From: Camelus ferus
Lineage: Eukaryota
Length of the DNA: 64,000 nt
Direction of reading: 5' to 3'
NCBI RefSeq assembly: GCF_009834535.1
Contig: NC_045697.1
Span: forward strand, 22,632,001 to 22,696,000
Each line of letters begins with the position of its first letter. Position 1 is the stretch's first letter. Positions 50,915 to 63,998 of this stretch are shown here, one piece after another. The position numbers were made by a program, and so were the translations under genes. The notes beneath the pieces were generated by a model. That model made no database searches, had not been told where the DNA came from, and saw only the letters and a program-made list of their open reading frames with translations.

Positions 50915-51450
50915 TTATTAATAAAAATGTTTTTCATGAAATATAATAAAGTTGTTTTCTTTTTAAATTAAAAACAAGTAGCCTGTAACCTTTTTACTCT
51001 TTCTGAAATAGCACTTTGACTAAATGGTTTATTTTCTCTTTATCCTGCCTTTCTCATTTTATATATTTCCAGCATTTCCCTGTAATCATATTCATTAAAA
51101 TGTGATTAGAAAGGCTACAGAGTACTCTGTTACATAGATGTGAGATAACATGCATAAATATTGTCTTGCTGTTGGACATATATACTGCTTTTAATATTCA
51201 CTCTTATTAATAATGCTGCAGCGAATGTTGGTACACATAAATATATGTGTGTGAATGTTTAATTCCTTGGGAAAATTAACAGGAATATTCTTATTGTATA
51301 AAAATATATGAATATTTAAAAGACTTTTGAAACATATTGCCACATTTCCAACAGAAAGTTTATGGAGTTTACAATCCCACCGGTCCTGTCTGGGGGGATC
51401 TCTTTCAGTGCACCCTCATCATGTTAGTATTATTAACTGTTACCTTAGAC
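50915..51450 (-). mobile_element. Ancient L1ME 3' fragment
   Basis: ctgttggacatatatactgctttt, taataatgctgcagcgaatgtt, acatattgccacatttc...agaaag, tttacaatcccacc. Confidence 0.7.
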
Positions 51451-51799
51451 ATACCATTAACATTCTCTAATTTTCTTATTTGTAAAATGAAATATGTACC
51501 ACTTACTCCAGCATAGTTACTGTGGGCATTATATGAAGTAATAAACTAATAATACATCATTACCCTCTGCTCTTTCTGCTACATGCCCCTTCTTTTTTGG
51601 AGACCTGATCTATTTCAATGGTTCCACACAGCCCCTTTTTCCCTCTGCTGATGATTCCCAAGTCTCTCATTGGAACCCTTCGCTGATCACTTGAAATTGC
51701 TTCCTGGATATGTTCTTCTGTTCATTTCATGGTCACACAGAATCCTAAAACCCAATTATATCCAATGAATATTCTTCTTCTCACTCAATATTTATGGTT

Positions 51800-52404
51800 T
51801 ATGGGAGCCCATGACTGGGTTAACAAATTGTAACAACCCCAGCCACTTACCTCCTTGAAAATGTGCTTAGTAACTGCCTTGAGGTTTTAGCAATGACCCA
51901 GGCCCCCAGCTATAAACGCTGGGCGTGCCTGCTGTTAGTCTTCTATTCCCAAAACCGCCTTGGGCTGGAGTGGTAAACAACTTATAAAAAGCTGCAGACT
52001 CAGAGGTGAGGAGGCTGGTTAGCCAATGATGGGTAGGATCTCCAGAGAGGGGCAACCTAAGACACAGGCACAGCCGCCTGAGTCCAAGAAAAAATGTTAT
52101 ACAGCTGATTCTCATGCGTTCCACCCTGATAAGCTGAAAGGCTCAACAGGAACATGATTCACCAAAAGGGTCTTCTGACCTTGAGCCAAACACCAACAAT
52201 AAACAAAGCGTTTGTACTCATTGTGATCCCACTCTGTCCTTCCCTAAATTCCTGCATTCCTCCTTTGACTGTACTCAATAAATATGAGAGATTTGAGAGG
52301 CTCATTGAGTTGACTCCCGACTCCCTCTCGCTCTCTTGACTTTTTCCACAGAGTCTTGAGTAATTCATTCCGTCTCGGTGGGACTTCTGCCGGCCAGAAC
52401 CCAC
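51800..52404 (+). mobile_element. 605-bp ERV solo LTR with perfect 6-bp TSD (class II/betaretrovirus-like)
   Basis: Termini tatggg.../...cccaca (inverted repeat, 1 mismatch); TSD atggtt at 51794-51799 and 52405-52410; TATAAAA 51983, CCAAT ~52023, AATAAA 52198 and 52277; GC/CpG richer than flanks. Confidence 0.85.
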
Positions 52405-54669
52405 AATGGTTTATCTTTTGAAATGTTTCTCATATGTTCTTGTAGAGTCCCGTTGTCACTAACATTGTCCAGGGTTTTATGGACTCATGTTTGGATGTGG
52501 CAGTACTTTTCTAGTGAGCAACCATAGTTCATTCCATTTCCATTTATTTATATGTTACTGATCCAAAAAAAAAAGATGTGTATTCTTTTATTCCTCAGAT
52601 AAAATAAAACCACAAGATATAAGTAAGGACAAGTGTGAAATAATGAATAGTTTGGGGTGTTATATATATTTTTTCCCCAAAAAATCTAGGCTAAGTGAAA
52701 CTTCTACCTCTGAGAACAGCATTTAGGTTTGAGTTATCTCCCAGATTCAAAAATCTTCCAATTCACTCTGCACATATCTTCAGGATAGAAAACTCACAGA
52801 AATGTTGTAAGTAATATTTCTTTAAACTACTGCTTTCATTGTTTTGCTCCCCAGGGTAAAAATCTTCAGTGACTTCCTTATCCTACCACAGGAGGCTAAT
52901 TCATCTGATTTTAAAACTTTTAGAAGTTTGATTTCATGTAATATATTTTAGTTTCCCACACACAACCATCACTGTCTAGTCTTGCCAACTTTCCCAACAT
53001 CTCATGAGATTGCCATAGAATTTCATGCTTTCTTTTATTTAATTTGTTACTCACTCTGAACTCCTTTTACCTCCACTTTTTTTCGACACTTTAAATTTCA
53101 ACATAATTCTAAGTTTGTTCTAGCCTCACCATCTCTGCAAAATATATTGACTCTTCAAGCCTCCATTGATTCCTTTCTCCTGTTTGATGATCCATTAGGC
53201 ATTTCTGAGGATCTATTTATCATAATCTAAATTCCTGATATATATAACAGCAAACCAAACATGGTTTCTGCAAGTCACATATTCTATTGAATATATATAT
53301 TTTGTATGTGACATAGTATGTATACAAATTCAAGATATATGAAAACATATATGTTTAAACATTCAAAAATACATGAAAATTCAAAATATATAAAATTTAT
53401 AAGCCATAATTTAGAAACATAAATTACAAAGACTAAATAGTATGATGGCTTAGAATAGAGACGTCTTAACTATTCTTGGGACCCAGGTAGTTCTTTCTTA
53501 AGGGTCTGACTTTCTAATTTTTTGCCCCAGCACTGGCTTTTGAGCTATCAAAACTTTTGTGTCTCGTGGCAATTAGACACAGTTCAGACTACAAAATAAG
53601 TGCTTAATAAATCTCACTTATAATGTGTTTATTATAAAAATGCATATATTTCCGTTTCAAATTTTTTAGAAACTAAAGGTACTTTTAGATCTAAAACAAT
53701 TCAGATAATAGTGGGATTCACACTTCCGAAAAGGTTAGCTTCTGAGGTGTGAAATTTGTGAAACTTACACATGTAAAATGATGGCTCTCAGAGGATTCAA
53801 CTGTACAAAGAAAGAATTACAATTTATAGGGGAGGCATGGACTGATTCTCTGGAAGGACTTAGGCACAGTCATTGGAAATGTAGAGTGTACATCTCACTT
53901 TAATTTGGATCAATTAAGATACTAGGAGGCTGATAAACGTGATATTTGTGAAGATGGAGGCCTGAGCTGGTTAACAGGCGACCAGAATGCTTAATAAGTT
54001 AGAAAAAGGACATCTCAGTTTGTTGGAAACAATCAAGTTTGAAATTACAAAATTAACAGAAAGAGGTGAGAGAGATTACAAAGCTGAAATAGGCAAGTAG
54101 GTAAGCAGTATAAAAAGTCCCAAGGAGTAACAACACTAATAAAGTGAAAAGATAACAAAAATGGTTAAAGAGTACTACTCTGAATTAAAATAAAAAAGAA
54201 AGACGTTTCTAAATTTATAACACTTTATATAACTCAGTGCATTCTGTTAAGAAATACTATTGGTTAATTTAAATGATGAAGAACTACAATTAAGACAGAT
54301 TATTAAAAATTATTGGTGTTCAGCTTTTGAAGTGACCACACTTTATAAGTGTATTATGAAATATTGGCTCTGTTAGAACCTCTAAATAAAAAGCATTCCT
54401 GATTAATAGAAACAGCCATATATGAAAAATGGAAAGAGAAGCAATTGTTGATAATAGAACAAATGATAAAAGTAACAATTTCATTACATATTCTGGAAAA
54501 GATTAATCAGTCAAGATGTATTGATGGAAATGTGTGTGGGTCAGAATGCAGATTACAGAAATTTGTGCCATGTTGTCACAAAAGGAGAGAACTTTCCTAT
54601 CTGAAGTTCAATTTTAAATTAATTCTTAAGACTTGAGAATTTGAGGATAGCATTAAAAGTGTGTGTATG

Positions 54670-55645
54670 CCTATATCTAGCACATATAAAGACATATTAA
54701 AACTCAATAATTAAAAAAGAAATAACTCAGTTAAAAATAAGCAAAGTATCTAAATAGACACTTCTTTAAATAAGATACACAAATGTCTAAAAAGCATGTG
54801 AAGAGATGCTTAGTATCATTAGCCTTCAGGGAAATGCCAATCAAAGCTGAATGTGACAGTACTTTATACCCACTGCGACAGCTACAGCAGAAAAGGTTGA
54901 TGATTGCATGTGCTGGCCAGGATGTGGAGAAATGGAATCTCTCACACACTACTGGTAGGAATGTAAAATGGTGCAGCTATGTTGGAAGACATTCTGGCAG
55001 TTCCTCAAATGATTAAACTATACAACCAGGAATTCCACTGCTAGACACATACAAGACCAGTGCTCTGACCGCTGAGCTATGGAAGCCTGCCTGCTAGACA
55101 TATAGACCCAAGAGAAATGAAAACATGTTCTGGCAAAAACTTCCACATGCATTATGATACTCACAGCATTCTTATTCAGACTAGCCAAAAAGTGGAAAGA
55201 AACCAAGTGTCTGTCAGACAATGAAAGAATGCGTAAGATGTGGTATGCCCATATAATAGAATAGTGTTTGGCAAAAGAAAGAAAAAAGATAAAAGAAATG
55301 AAGTACTGATATATGCTACAACATGGATGAATCCTGAAAATATTGTTCTTAGTGAAAAAAATCCAGTCACAAAGAACTGCATATTGTATAATTCCACTTA
55401 CATGAAAGGTCCAAAATAGAAGAATCCATATATAGAGACAGAAAGTAGGTTAATGGGTTGCCTAGGGCTGGGGAAGATGAGGGGTTGTGGAGAAATAGCT
55501 AGGAGTTTTTAGAGGGTAAAGATAATGCTCTAAATTGATTATGGTCATGGATGCACAACTCTGTGAATGAACTAAAATCACTGAAAAGTACAAATTAAGT
55601 GGGTAAGTTGCATAGTACGTGAAATATCTGAAAGTTGTTAAATAC
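54670..55645 (+). mobile_element. L1MB-type 3' region
   Basis: aagcatgtgaagagatgct...ggaatgtaaaatggtgcagc, acccaagagaaatgaaaaca, gctacaacatggatgaatc, ggatgcacaactctgtgaat. Confidence 0.9.
55050..55087 (-). pseudogene. 5'-half tRNA-Thr(UGU) retropseudogene without a poly(A) tail
   Basis: Minus strand reads ggcttccatagctcagcggtcagagcactggtcttgta, versus recalled tRNA-Thr-TGT GGCTCCATAGCTCAGTGGTTAGAGCACTGGTCTTGTA; flanked by direct repeat ctgctagaca(c/t)ata. Confidence 0.85.
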
Positions 55646-56599
55646 TGTGTTTGCATGAATAAAAGGAATTACATCCCAAAATAATTGTATCCCACCAGAT
55701 TTGATATATGAAACTTTACAATTTAGAGTACACTTTTTACATAACATCACAGAAAATGATAATCAGAAAAGGACTAACGATTGTGTCACTCCAAATAGAA
55801 ACAATAAGATTAAAACGGCTTTGCAGGAGCCCAGTCAGTTTAATCATAAGCAGAATAAGAAATACCAACTTCAAAGCAGTATTTCAGACTGAGTGAAGTA
55901 GTGCAGGTTTTAAAACCGATCATGTTATTCTTGTGAAGTTCTCGGGATTCTGAGAAACGTAGTTCAATGTGTTGAGTTTACCCAGACTGAGGTGATTCTC
56001 ATTTTTCATACTGAAAATCTGTACCTTGGAATTTTAGGCACACACAAATGATGGGCAATATTCTTTTAATAAAGCAAGCCAGCAAACCGGCAGTTTGCAT
56101 GTGTGTGTGTTTGTGTGTTTAATAACCTTAATTCTAGCTTACAAATAAAGAGCGTTTTAAAAAATTTCTGGCTTCAGCTACTCAGTTCTAAATATTTTAT
56201 TTTTAAAAAGTGTAGTTCTTCTGCTGTGGAGAGTAATGGCCATTTTCAAGGTTGTTTTTGGCTTTTTCGTTTTTAATTTGTCAAGTGAAAAAAGGGCGAT
56301 CTTGTTAAGCATTTAATGGAATGTAGAATTTCTCTTCCATTTTGAATCAGTAAAATAACAAAGTGAAGCATGTTCTTCATAACCTTGAATCACTGTTAAT
56401 CAAGTCTAAGTCTCTGATTTTTTTAAATAGAATTATTCTCTGCTTGTGATTAGGATTGTTTTAAGGTACCAAAGAACACTGGTCCTCATACCTTCCTGAA
56501 TAAATAATTCTATTATTGGTCGCTCGCCATAAAAAATGTATGTTTACCATGTTTTCTTTTTTTCCCTTCTCCTATTCCTTTGGTTGATTTGAAAATTTC

Positions 56600-57660
56600 A
56601 GATTCCATATCTATTCTTTCTAGAAGTTGCTTGTATCTTTAATATACAAATTTCAACTTCTTAAAAGTAATTTGGAATTAATCATATTAGAAATCAACAG
56701 ACTTTGAATAATTTTCCATCTCACTGGCATCCATCAATATGTATTTATATCAGCTGTAAGTTCATACATATATAATTCATAAATTCAATTTACTATTTAA
56801 CATTTAGAATTGAAATGTATTTTGTTTTTATGTAACACTTAGAGAATATTTTCTCACTTCTCCAGTATCAAATATTTCTGATAAAAATATGACACAAGTA
56901 GTCTCATTTTCATTCCATTGTTGGTGGTTTGTCTTTAACTCTGATAGGTATTAGAATTTTATCATTAGTCTCAATGTTTATGAGATTTACTACAGTGTGT
57001 CAATGTATATGTTTTTTATTTTTCCTTTTTTCCTTCTGCTCAATTTCCTATTCAAAATTTATTGAGTTTTCTTGTAGGGAAAAATCTTCACTTTTTCAGT
57101 TCTAGAAAATTCTTAACTGTGTATATTTCTTCCCATATATTTTGCACTTTTCTTCTGAAAGTCTTATCAGATAGCTGTTGCTGCTCTGGCTTATTGGACA
57201 TCACTTAATTTCATCTGTAGATATATCTGCACTGTATTCTGGGAGAATTCCTCAGCTTGATCATTAGTTATCAACTTTCTCATTAATGGTGTTCATTCAG
57301 CTAACTTGCCTCATATTTTTAAATTATTTCAGAAGTTATACTTTATTTTCAATAACTCTATAGCTCATCATATTGTTCCTTTTTATTTTGTCATACTTCT
57401 AAGTTTTTATTTCTAATATGCATTTATTGATCCAAGATAATTCCTTCCTTTGTCTTTCTGAATCTTTGTTTGAAAAACTTGTCCAGATTATTATCATAAG
57501 TATTTTTCTTTGAATGTAAGTTCTTCCATTTGTTGAATATGTTTTTTTCCTCCATTTCATTGTTGATCTTCCTCAAGTGTTTGTCAGGTTGAACTGTGCT
57601 CTTAATGGCAGCAAAATTCTTGGACTTGAACTTGAGACTTCGGTGGTTTCCTGTCATGTG
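56600..57660 (-). mobile_element. Ancient HAL1/L1ME ORF1-type fragment
   Basis: T-rich; ttcagttctagaaaattctta and ctgtattctgggagaattcctcag motifs. Confidence 0.55.
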
Positions 57661-57710
57661 GATAGCCTCAGTGTTTCAAAAATTGGAATAAATTCAGCTT
57701 AATATGAACC

Positions 57711-57762
57711 TTTTTTTGTTATTTTTTATTGAAGCATAGTTAATTTACAATGTTGTATAAAT
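57711..57762 (-). mobile_element. Very short cetartiodactyl L1 3' tail
   Basis: tttttttgtttattttttattgaagcatagttaatttacaatgttgtat. Confidence 0.7.
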
Positions 57763-58999
57763 CAATCACTCTTAATTGTACCACCTAACTGTAAGCAGAA
57801 CTGTCTTCTTTAATATTCTCTGATGGAGCCCAATTGATCACTTGAATATACTTCTACATAATACTTGAATGTCTTCCATAGAATCTTCACCAAATGGATT
57901 TGAAACTGCTTGTGGGTGCAGAGGGCTTTTGTAAGATACAAAAACAAAATTTAACACTTACTTGTAGAGTTTAGAAAATAATCAGGACATGAAGAGGAAT
58001 AACTCTGCCAACAAAACATTGACATCCGGAGTGTATAGATAATATTCTATTTGAATGTTTTATTTTTAACTAACCTTTAGTTTAGACTAAAGGTCAACCC
58101 ACAAAAAAGTGTGTCTGGCTTTAAAAATATCTACATTCAGATATTAACCATTTTATACGTGCTCCACACTGACCTAAGGGTACAGTTTGGATGTGCTGTA
58201 GTCTTCCTTCAAATTATTTACATGCCCAAAATGATAGCATAGAAACTAAAAGGTCTATTGTGAAATCCTTACATAGTTTCTTGCCTGTCAGAGAGAATAA
58301 AGAGAAATGAAAATAGCTACCCACTGGATGATACAGTATAAAATGCTAATCTTTCATTTTTCAAGATAAAAGTTGAAAGATGTGGGATGTATTGAAAAGC
58401 CACAGCTTACATTAAAAAAAAAAGAGAGAGAAAATCACTAAATGCAGAGCACTTTAAGGTTTAGAGCACATTTTAGCACATGTGGAGTTTTGATCCTCCA
58501 ACTCAAAATTTATAAGGTGAGAAAAATGCTTCTGCAAATAAACTAAGAGTCAGTAGATCATTTTGGGTTTTAATTCCATAACCAGAACCAGATCAAAACT
58601 TTATAGAGAAAATCTAGACATCAACAATCAATGTGAAGAAAAAACCACAAAAAAATTATGATGTGACTACACTTTTGGCATCGTATGTGGAAAAAATTAT
58701 CATTTTTTTGTCAATATATTTTAAAAACTAAAATTCCAGTATGTCCCTTGGAGTTCTTAGAATATTTGTCACTATCAGTATATACACGTAGGTAATTAAG
58801 TGGATAAAAGACATAATGACCAAAAAGAGAAAGGAACACTGGTAAGCCACAGGCTAAAGGATTGAATTAATATTAAAATGTTTACAGTGTTCTGGGGGGA
58901 AGTTGGATAAACAGCGGCCCAGATTCTTCTAGTAGAGACAACTTTTCCCCAAGATCATCAACCTCACATCTAACTTCTGTTTTATACGTGAATTTTTAC

Positions 59000-59700
59000 T
59001 TTTCTTCAATATTAGATACAAAAATATTAATAAAGTAGGACTAAACATTAAAGAAAATATAATAATCCATTTACAGAAGAGGAAATAGTAACATTAAAAT
59101 CACCTTATATACATATCTCATTCTTTCTTAACCATTCACTGAATTTTGAGCTTATCATTTTAATTTATTTTTTAGAGTTTTACTACTTAGGTCTGTATCA
59201 GTAGAAAGTCTACCTAATTTTGGAGAACTTTGTAGAAATGAAATCATTTGCCTTTTTCTCTCAATGCTGTTTCTAATGTTCATCCATGTAGTTGAATGCA
59301 GCATTAATTCATTTTTACATATGTGTAGAATTCTACTGATTAATGATGTCATTCTTTATTTATCCACTATACTCATGATGGTGATTTCCAGGTTGTTTTC
59401 ACCCAAACAGTGAGATTGGATATTTTTATACATATTGGGGGTGCATACACATAGGAGCTACTCTAAGTATAAATGTAGGTGTAACTTGCTTATGTAAAAG
59501 TTATTTATATATTTCGTTTTATAAGATAATGCTAAATTATTCCCCAAAGTGGTTACCCGAATTGATACTCACAGTGTATGGGATTAGTAAGTTACCGCAT
59601 TGCTTTATATCCTCTATAGCATATTATTATTGTAGTTTAAATTTTTTGTCAATCTGGTGTTTGCAAAATGGTGCCCATTCTGGATTATTATTTGACATCA
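59000..59700 (-). mobile_element. Ancient L1ME 3' fragment
   Basis: tgttcatccatgtagttgaatgcagcattaattcattttt; gctaaattattccccaaagtggttacc. Confidence 0.7.
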
Positions 59701-59769
59701 TTCATCACTTGACTCTCCTCTTCTCTTTTGTTTTTCCCTTCCTTGTCTTTTTTTGGGCAGATGGTAGTG

Positions 59770-60960
59770 CTTGATTGATTAAAAATTTTTCCTCTTATTC
59801 CATTTTTCTCCTTTTTCTCCTTTTCTTTTAATGATTATTCTAGTAATTTTAACCTGACAATTTAATATATAAAACTGTATCCTTCCTCCACATATTTCAG
59901 GAATGATGGAACAACTTAATCACCCTCCAATTTATAAAATTATATTGTTATTAATTATTTCTATTGTTTTATAAACTCTCAAGACATTATCATTATATTA
60001 TACAACTAGTTGGATCGTCCATATGCATACTTTTATCCTTATTCATCTTTTAATGCCTTCCACTGAAATTAGTGTAATTTTACCTAAATCATTCATATTT
60101 GGAATAATTATTCTTAATTATTACATTATATTTGCCTAAAAATTCTACACTATAAAATTTCCTGTGGATAAAATCTGTTTTTGGTAACTCTTGAGTTTAT
60201 TCATCTGAAAATGTCTATGTTACTCTCATTTTTTCCCTCATATTGAAAGTTTTGTGGTTTTCTATTGTTTTATTTTTACTAGTTACAAAATTCTAGGTTG
60301 ATAGTCTTTTCCTGTGTTGTGAGCTCGTATTCACTGGAATTTTACTAGTGAGAATTATTTTTGACCTGATTGTGAAGAGTTTTTTTCTATTTCTCAAGAT
60401 GATTTATATTTCTTACTTATAAGATTGTGGACACTGATCACCCAGGACAATTTTAAACTATATGTTGCATTATTTCTTCTCTTCCACATTATCTACCCAG
60501 TGTGAATTTGATTTCAAACTTGGCTTATGGTTGTGACATCTCAGAAGGAGATTATTTCCCATTTATTAATGTTTTCCCCTCTACCACGAGCACAAGTGTC
60601 TGAGACAGGCCCATGTCCCCTTCTCACCAGCAGGTGCAGGGATATGGGAGTCGGTGAGTACTGAGTTTCTTTCAGTTTCACTCTTAGGCCAATAATAAAC
60701 GTTAAGGGGTTCTAGCTCAGGAGAAACCTAGGTTTTCCCACTTGTGTCTTTTCTCCCAATAGGAAGTAAAAACTAAAGCTACAGATAACAATTGGGAAGA
60801 TAGCCTCAAGGTGAAAGCTGGTTTTATGGTTTACTTATCTCTGTGAGTTCACTTAGATTTTGACCTTAAGATTTCAATTTCTTGGCCACTGATAAAATGA
60901 AAAAAATTCTTAAATGTTTAATAATCCAACATTTTTAACTGTCTCAGCATAAACTGGTTA
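59770..60960 (-). mobile_element. Ancient L1ME/HAL1-type fragments
   Basis: tcatctgaaaatgtctat, acaaaattctaggttgatagtc, ccaggacaattttaaacta. Confidence 0.5.
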
Positions 60961-62851
60961 TAGTCAGCTATAATTTTGGAAATAAAGTTACTGCTATAAA
61001 TTTATATGCTTCAATAAGAGTTTTTATTTTCCAAACCTGAGTGGTTACAAAATATGGAAGATTGGAAAAAAATCTTTATAAAAATGTGAACTTGTTGAAC
61101 TCATGTTTATTTTTTTTTTACACTAAGAAAAGTGAGGTGCAGGCAAGGGAAAACTGAGAAACCCATTCAAGAACCTAATATATGTGATTTTTAATATATA
61201 GAGTTTTGGGGGGTTTTTTTCAGTATGGAAATAGGAAAAAAGAAAGAATATAGAGTAATTTCACTGAAAAATTGTTCCTAACTCAGACTTTGCATAATGT
61301 GCCAAGATCACACTAACAGGTCAGTTTTTGAAAGTAAAACAGCCCATGTAGATTAGAATTCAGGATAAAAAGTAGAACTGCTGAGAAAAATAAGGATTTA
61401 GCTGGGGACCACCTGGAGTGGTCAAGGTGGGCGCAGCACTTGTGATGGAACAGAACTGTGGATGCAGACCAGACCAGACCAGAAAGACTCTCCAGTTTTT
61501 TTCTCTCTCCCTCTTTTTTTTTTCCCCTTTTATTACTGGGTTGCTGACACTACTTATGGTGGCCAGAAAAGTAGCAGATCAGCAGGGAAATCAGTCACTG
61601 ATGAACTGATCTTATTTACATGTCTCTGTTTTTTCCACTATAAGTAGGGCTCACACTTTAGGTTCAGAAAATTATTAGCATTCTGGAACTTCATCTAAAT
61701 TCTAGAGGTACAGCACAGTGCCATCCCAGAGGGGTCAAGAAGGTTAATTCTGAGATAGATGAGGTGTTTTATTATTAAGAGATTAAAACATCACTTTTAC
61801 AACCTTAATTGGACTAAAGGAGAAAGAGAGGAAAAAAAGGTTAAAGAGAAAAAAATATGTATTTAAGACAATTTAATGATGGTTTTATAGCAGTACGTAT
61901 ATACACAGCAGAATGCATCCAGTCAATGTCTTATTGTCCTCATGACTCCCTTTATGTACATAACTAATTTGCTAAGGTTTTGTTTTGTTTTTTTTTGCAG
62001 AACATCTGTAGGTTTCTCTTTCACCAATTTTCCTTAAGATACTTTCTAGATTGATTTTGGAGCCACATATCTAATTAAATAGGTATAAAATGTTTTCAAA
62101 TTTCTACCTTTATTATCTTATTTATAGGAAAATAGTGGAAAAAGTAAAAACCAGGAACAAAAATTGCTGTTGTAAAAGATCTCTGAATTTGAAGGCCTTG
62201 ATTCAATTATCTTTAGGGAAATTTCAATGCTGAAGAATTTATCTTGGTAAGAAGGTTTCCTTTTGACAATCAGCACTATTAACAGCAGAGCTTTTAGCTC
62301 TATTGAGACACGAGAAATATTGGGCAGTTTACATATTCCTCATTTTCAAAGAGAAATCGCTAAATAACAGCCTTTCAGAGATTGCATTCTTTGTCAGCCT
62401 GGCATTGGGAAAAACAGCAATGATGCTTCAGATGTGTATTTTTAAAAAAAAAAATACACTGGTTCAATATTCAGACTAATAAGGTAGTTTCAAAAATTCA
62501 AGCAGAGTGGAAACAATCATACACCTCATTCTTAAAGTGCCCCAACTTCCTTTTTAAGTTCAGTGTTACAGCTCTGTTCTTTGTGTGTCATTATTTATGG
62601 CCTATACTGATGTGGTACTGAAATATAAGACATTAATAACAAATATATTTAAATTAAATTTATATGTGCTATTATTGATATTTTATATTACAGAGAGTTT
62701 TGTATTAGCTTGATAAAAACATGCTTTCTCTTTCTTAATACCAAGTCCTTAAAATACTTTGTCATTATGGTTAGAATCTATTTTTAGTTTTTTTCTAGAA
62801 AAGTATACATGTTTATGAAAGAAACAGCTTATTCGATTGATTTGGAAAAGG

Positions 62852-63203
62852 TCAGTCAGCATAGACTGAATTCCTCTGTAATAACAAACACCCTCCAAAA
62901 ATCTCAGTGACTTGAAAACCATGAAGTTTTGTTTCTTGCTGTCAGTCACCCCCATTTAAGCTCACTGGACCACTCTGCTCCCCATAGTCATCTATAATTT
63001 ATGGGCACCATCTCAAATTTTACTGGTCACTAGTCCAGAGTCAAAGGAGGTTGCACCTCAGTACTTCTGCTTATGACTCAAAAGCCATATCCAGTTACTT
63101 GACTATATCCACCTAGAAGTGGGTTAAAAATAAGTGCATCCTACTAAGTTCTTAAAAGAGAAAGAACCAGAAGCATTTGCTGAACAGCACTTATAACCAC
63201 CAC
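62852..63203 (-). mobile_element. Old MaLR solo LTR (MLT1K/L-like)
   Basis: taacaaacaccctccaaaaatctcagtgacttgaaa...; ends tgaacagcacttataaccaccaca. Confidence 0.7.
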
Positions 63204-63964
63204 AACACAGATTTCTGAACATCAAATAGCCAATTCGCTCTCCATTCTGCATAGAATATATATTTACTCGCTTCTCAGAATAAACTCGTAAGCATTCACA
63301 AACCTCAATATTAACCCAAAAGTTGAGAATCTTTGGATGACGCATGTTGATCTGTGTATGCAAGTGATGTGCCAAATTCTCTATCTTAAAATCAGAAATG
63401 ACTCACTTTGATCCAGATAAATACATGTTATCTGAACCCCACAGCCCAATATGTGATGGTCTAACAAATACTGGAAAACTGCAGTCAATTCTCTTACATA
63501 GAAAAAGGAAAGTGTGAGACACAACACAGCTACAGCAATTCTGAAATGATCGATGGGCTAACTTTTTGAGGTATCCCCACCCTAGTGGTGAGGAATATTT
63601 TTGCACATTCCCCGACTCTACTTTGTGGGATGAGTTCCTCAGTCTATTGCTCTCTGTGGCTTTCTGCACCTCTTTCAGAGATTTTACGGTTTGTCATGAT
63701 TCTTGGCCACAAGTTCAAACTGGAGGAATATATCCTGCTGGGGGCTGAGTAGCGTTCTCAGCCTGATTTCTTTCCAGAGAAAGGTCATTTTAAGCTTTGG
63801 ACAGTCATAATTAGTCTAGGTTATGGTTATTTTGGGACTACAACTCTTTCAATAACTTGCCTTAACAATTGGAGTCCAATCAGTTCCACGTGCCAATGAC
63901 TGCAACCCCAGTTCTGTTTGAGACACACTTCTTTCTTTTGACTTAACCCCAAATAACTTGAGTT

Positions 63965-63998
63965 TACCAGCTTGAGTGGGTACCAGCTTGAGTGGGTA
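63965..63998 (+). repeat. Perfect 16-bp tandem duplication (taccagcttgagtggg)x2
   Basis: Units at 63965-63980 and 63981-63996, followed by ta. Confidence 0.92.
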
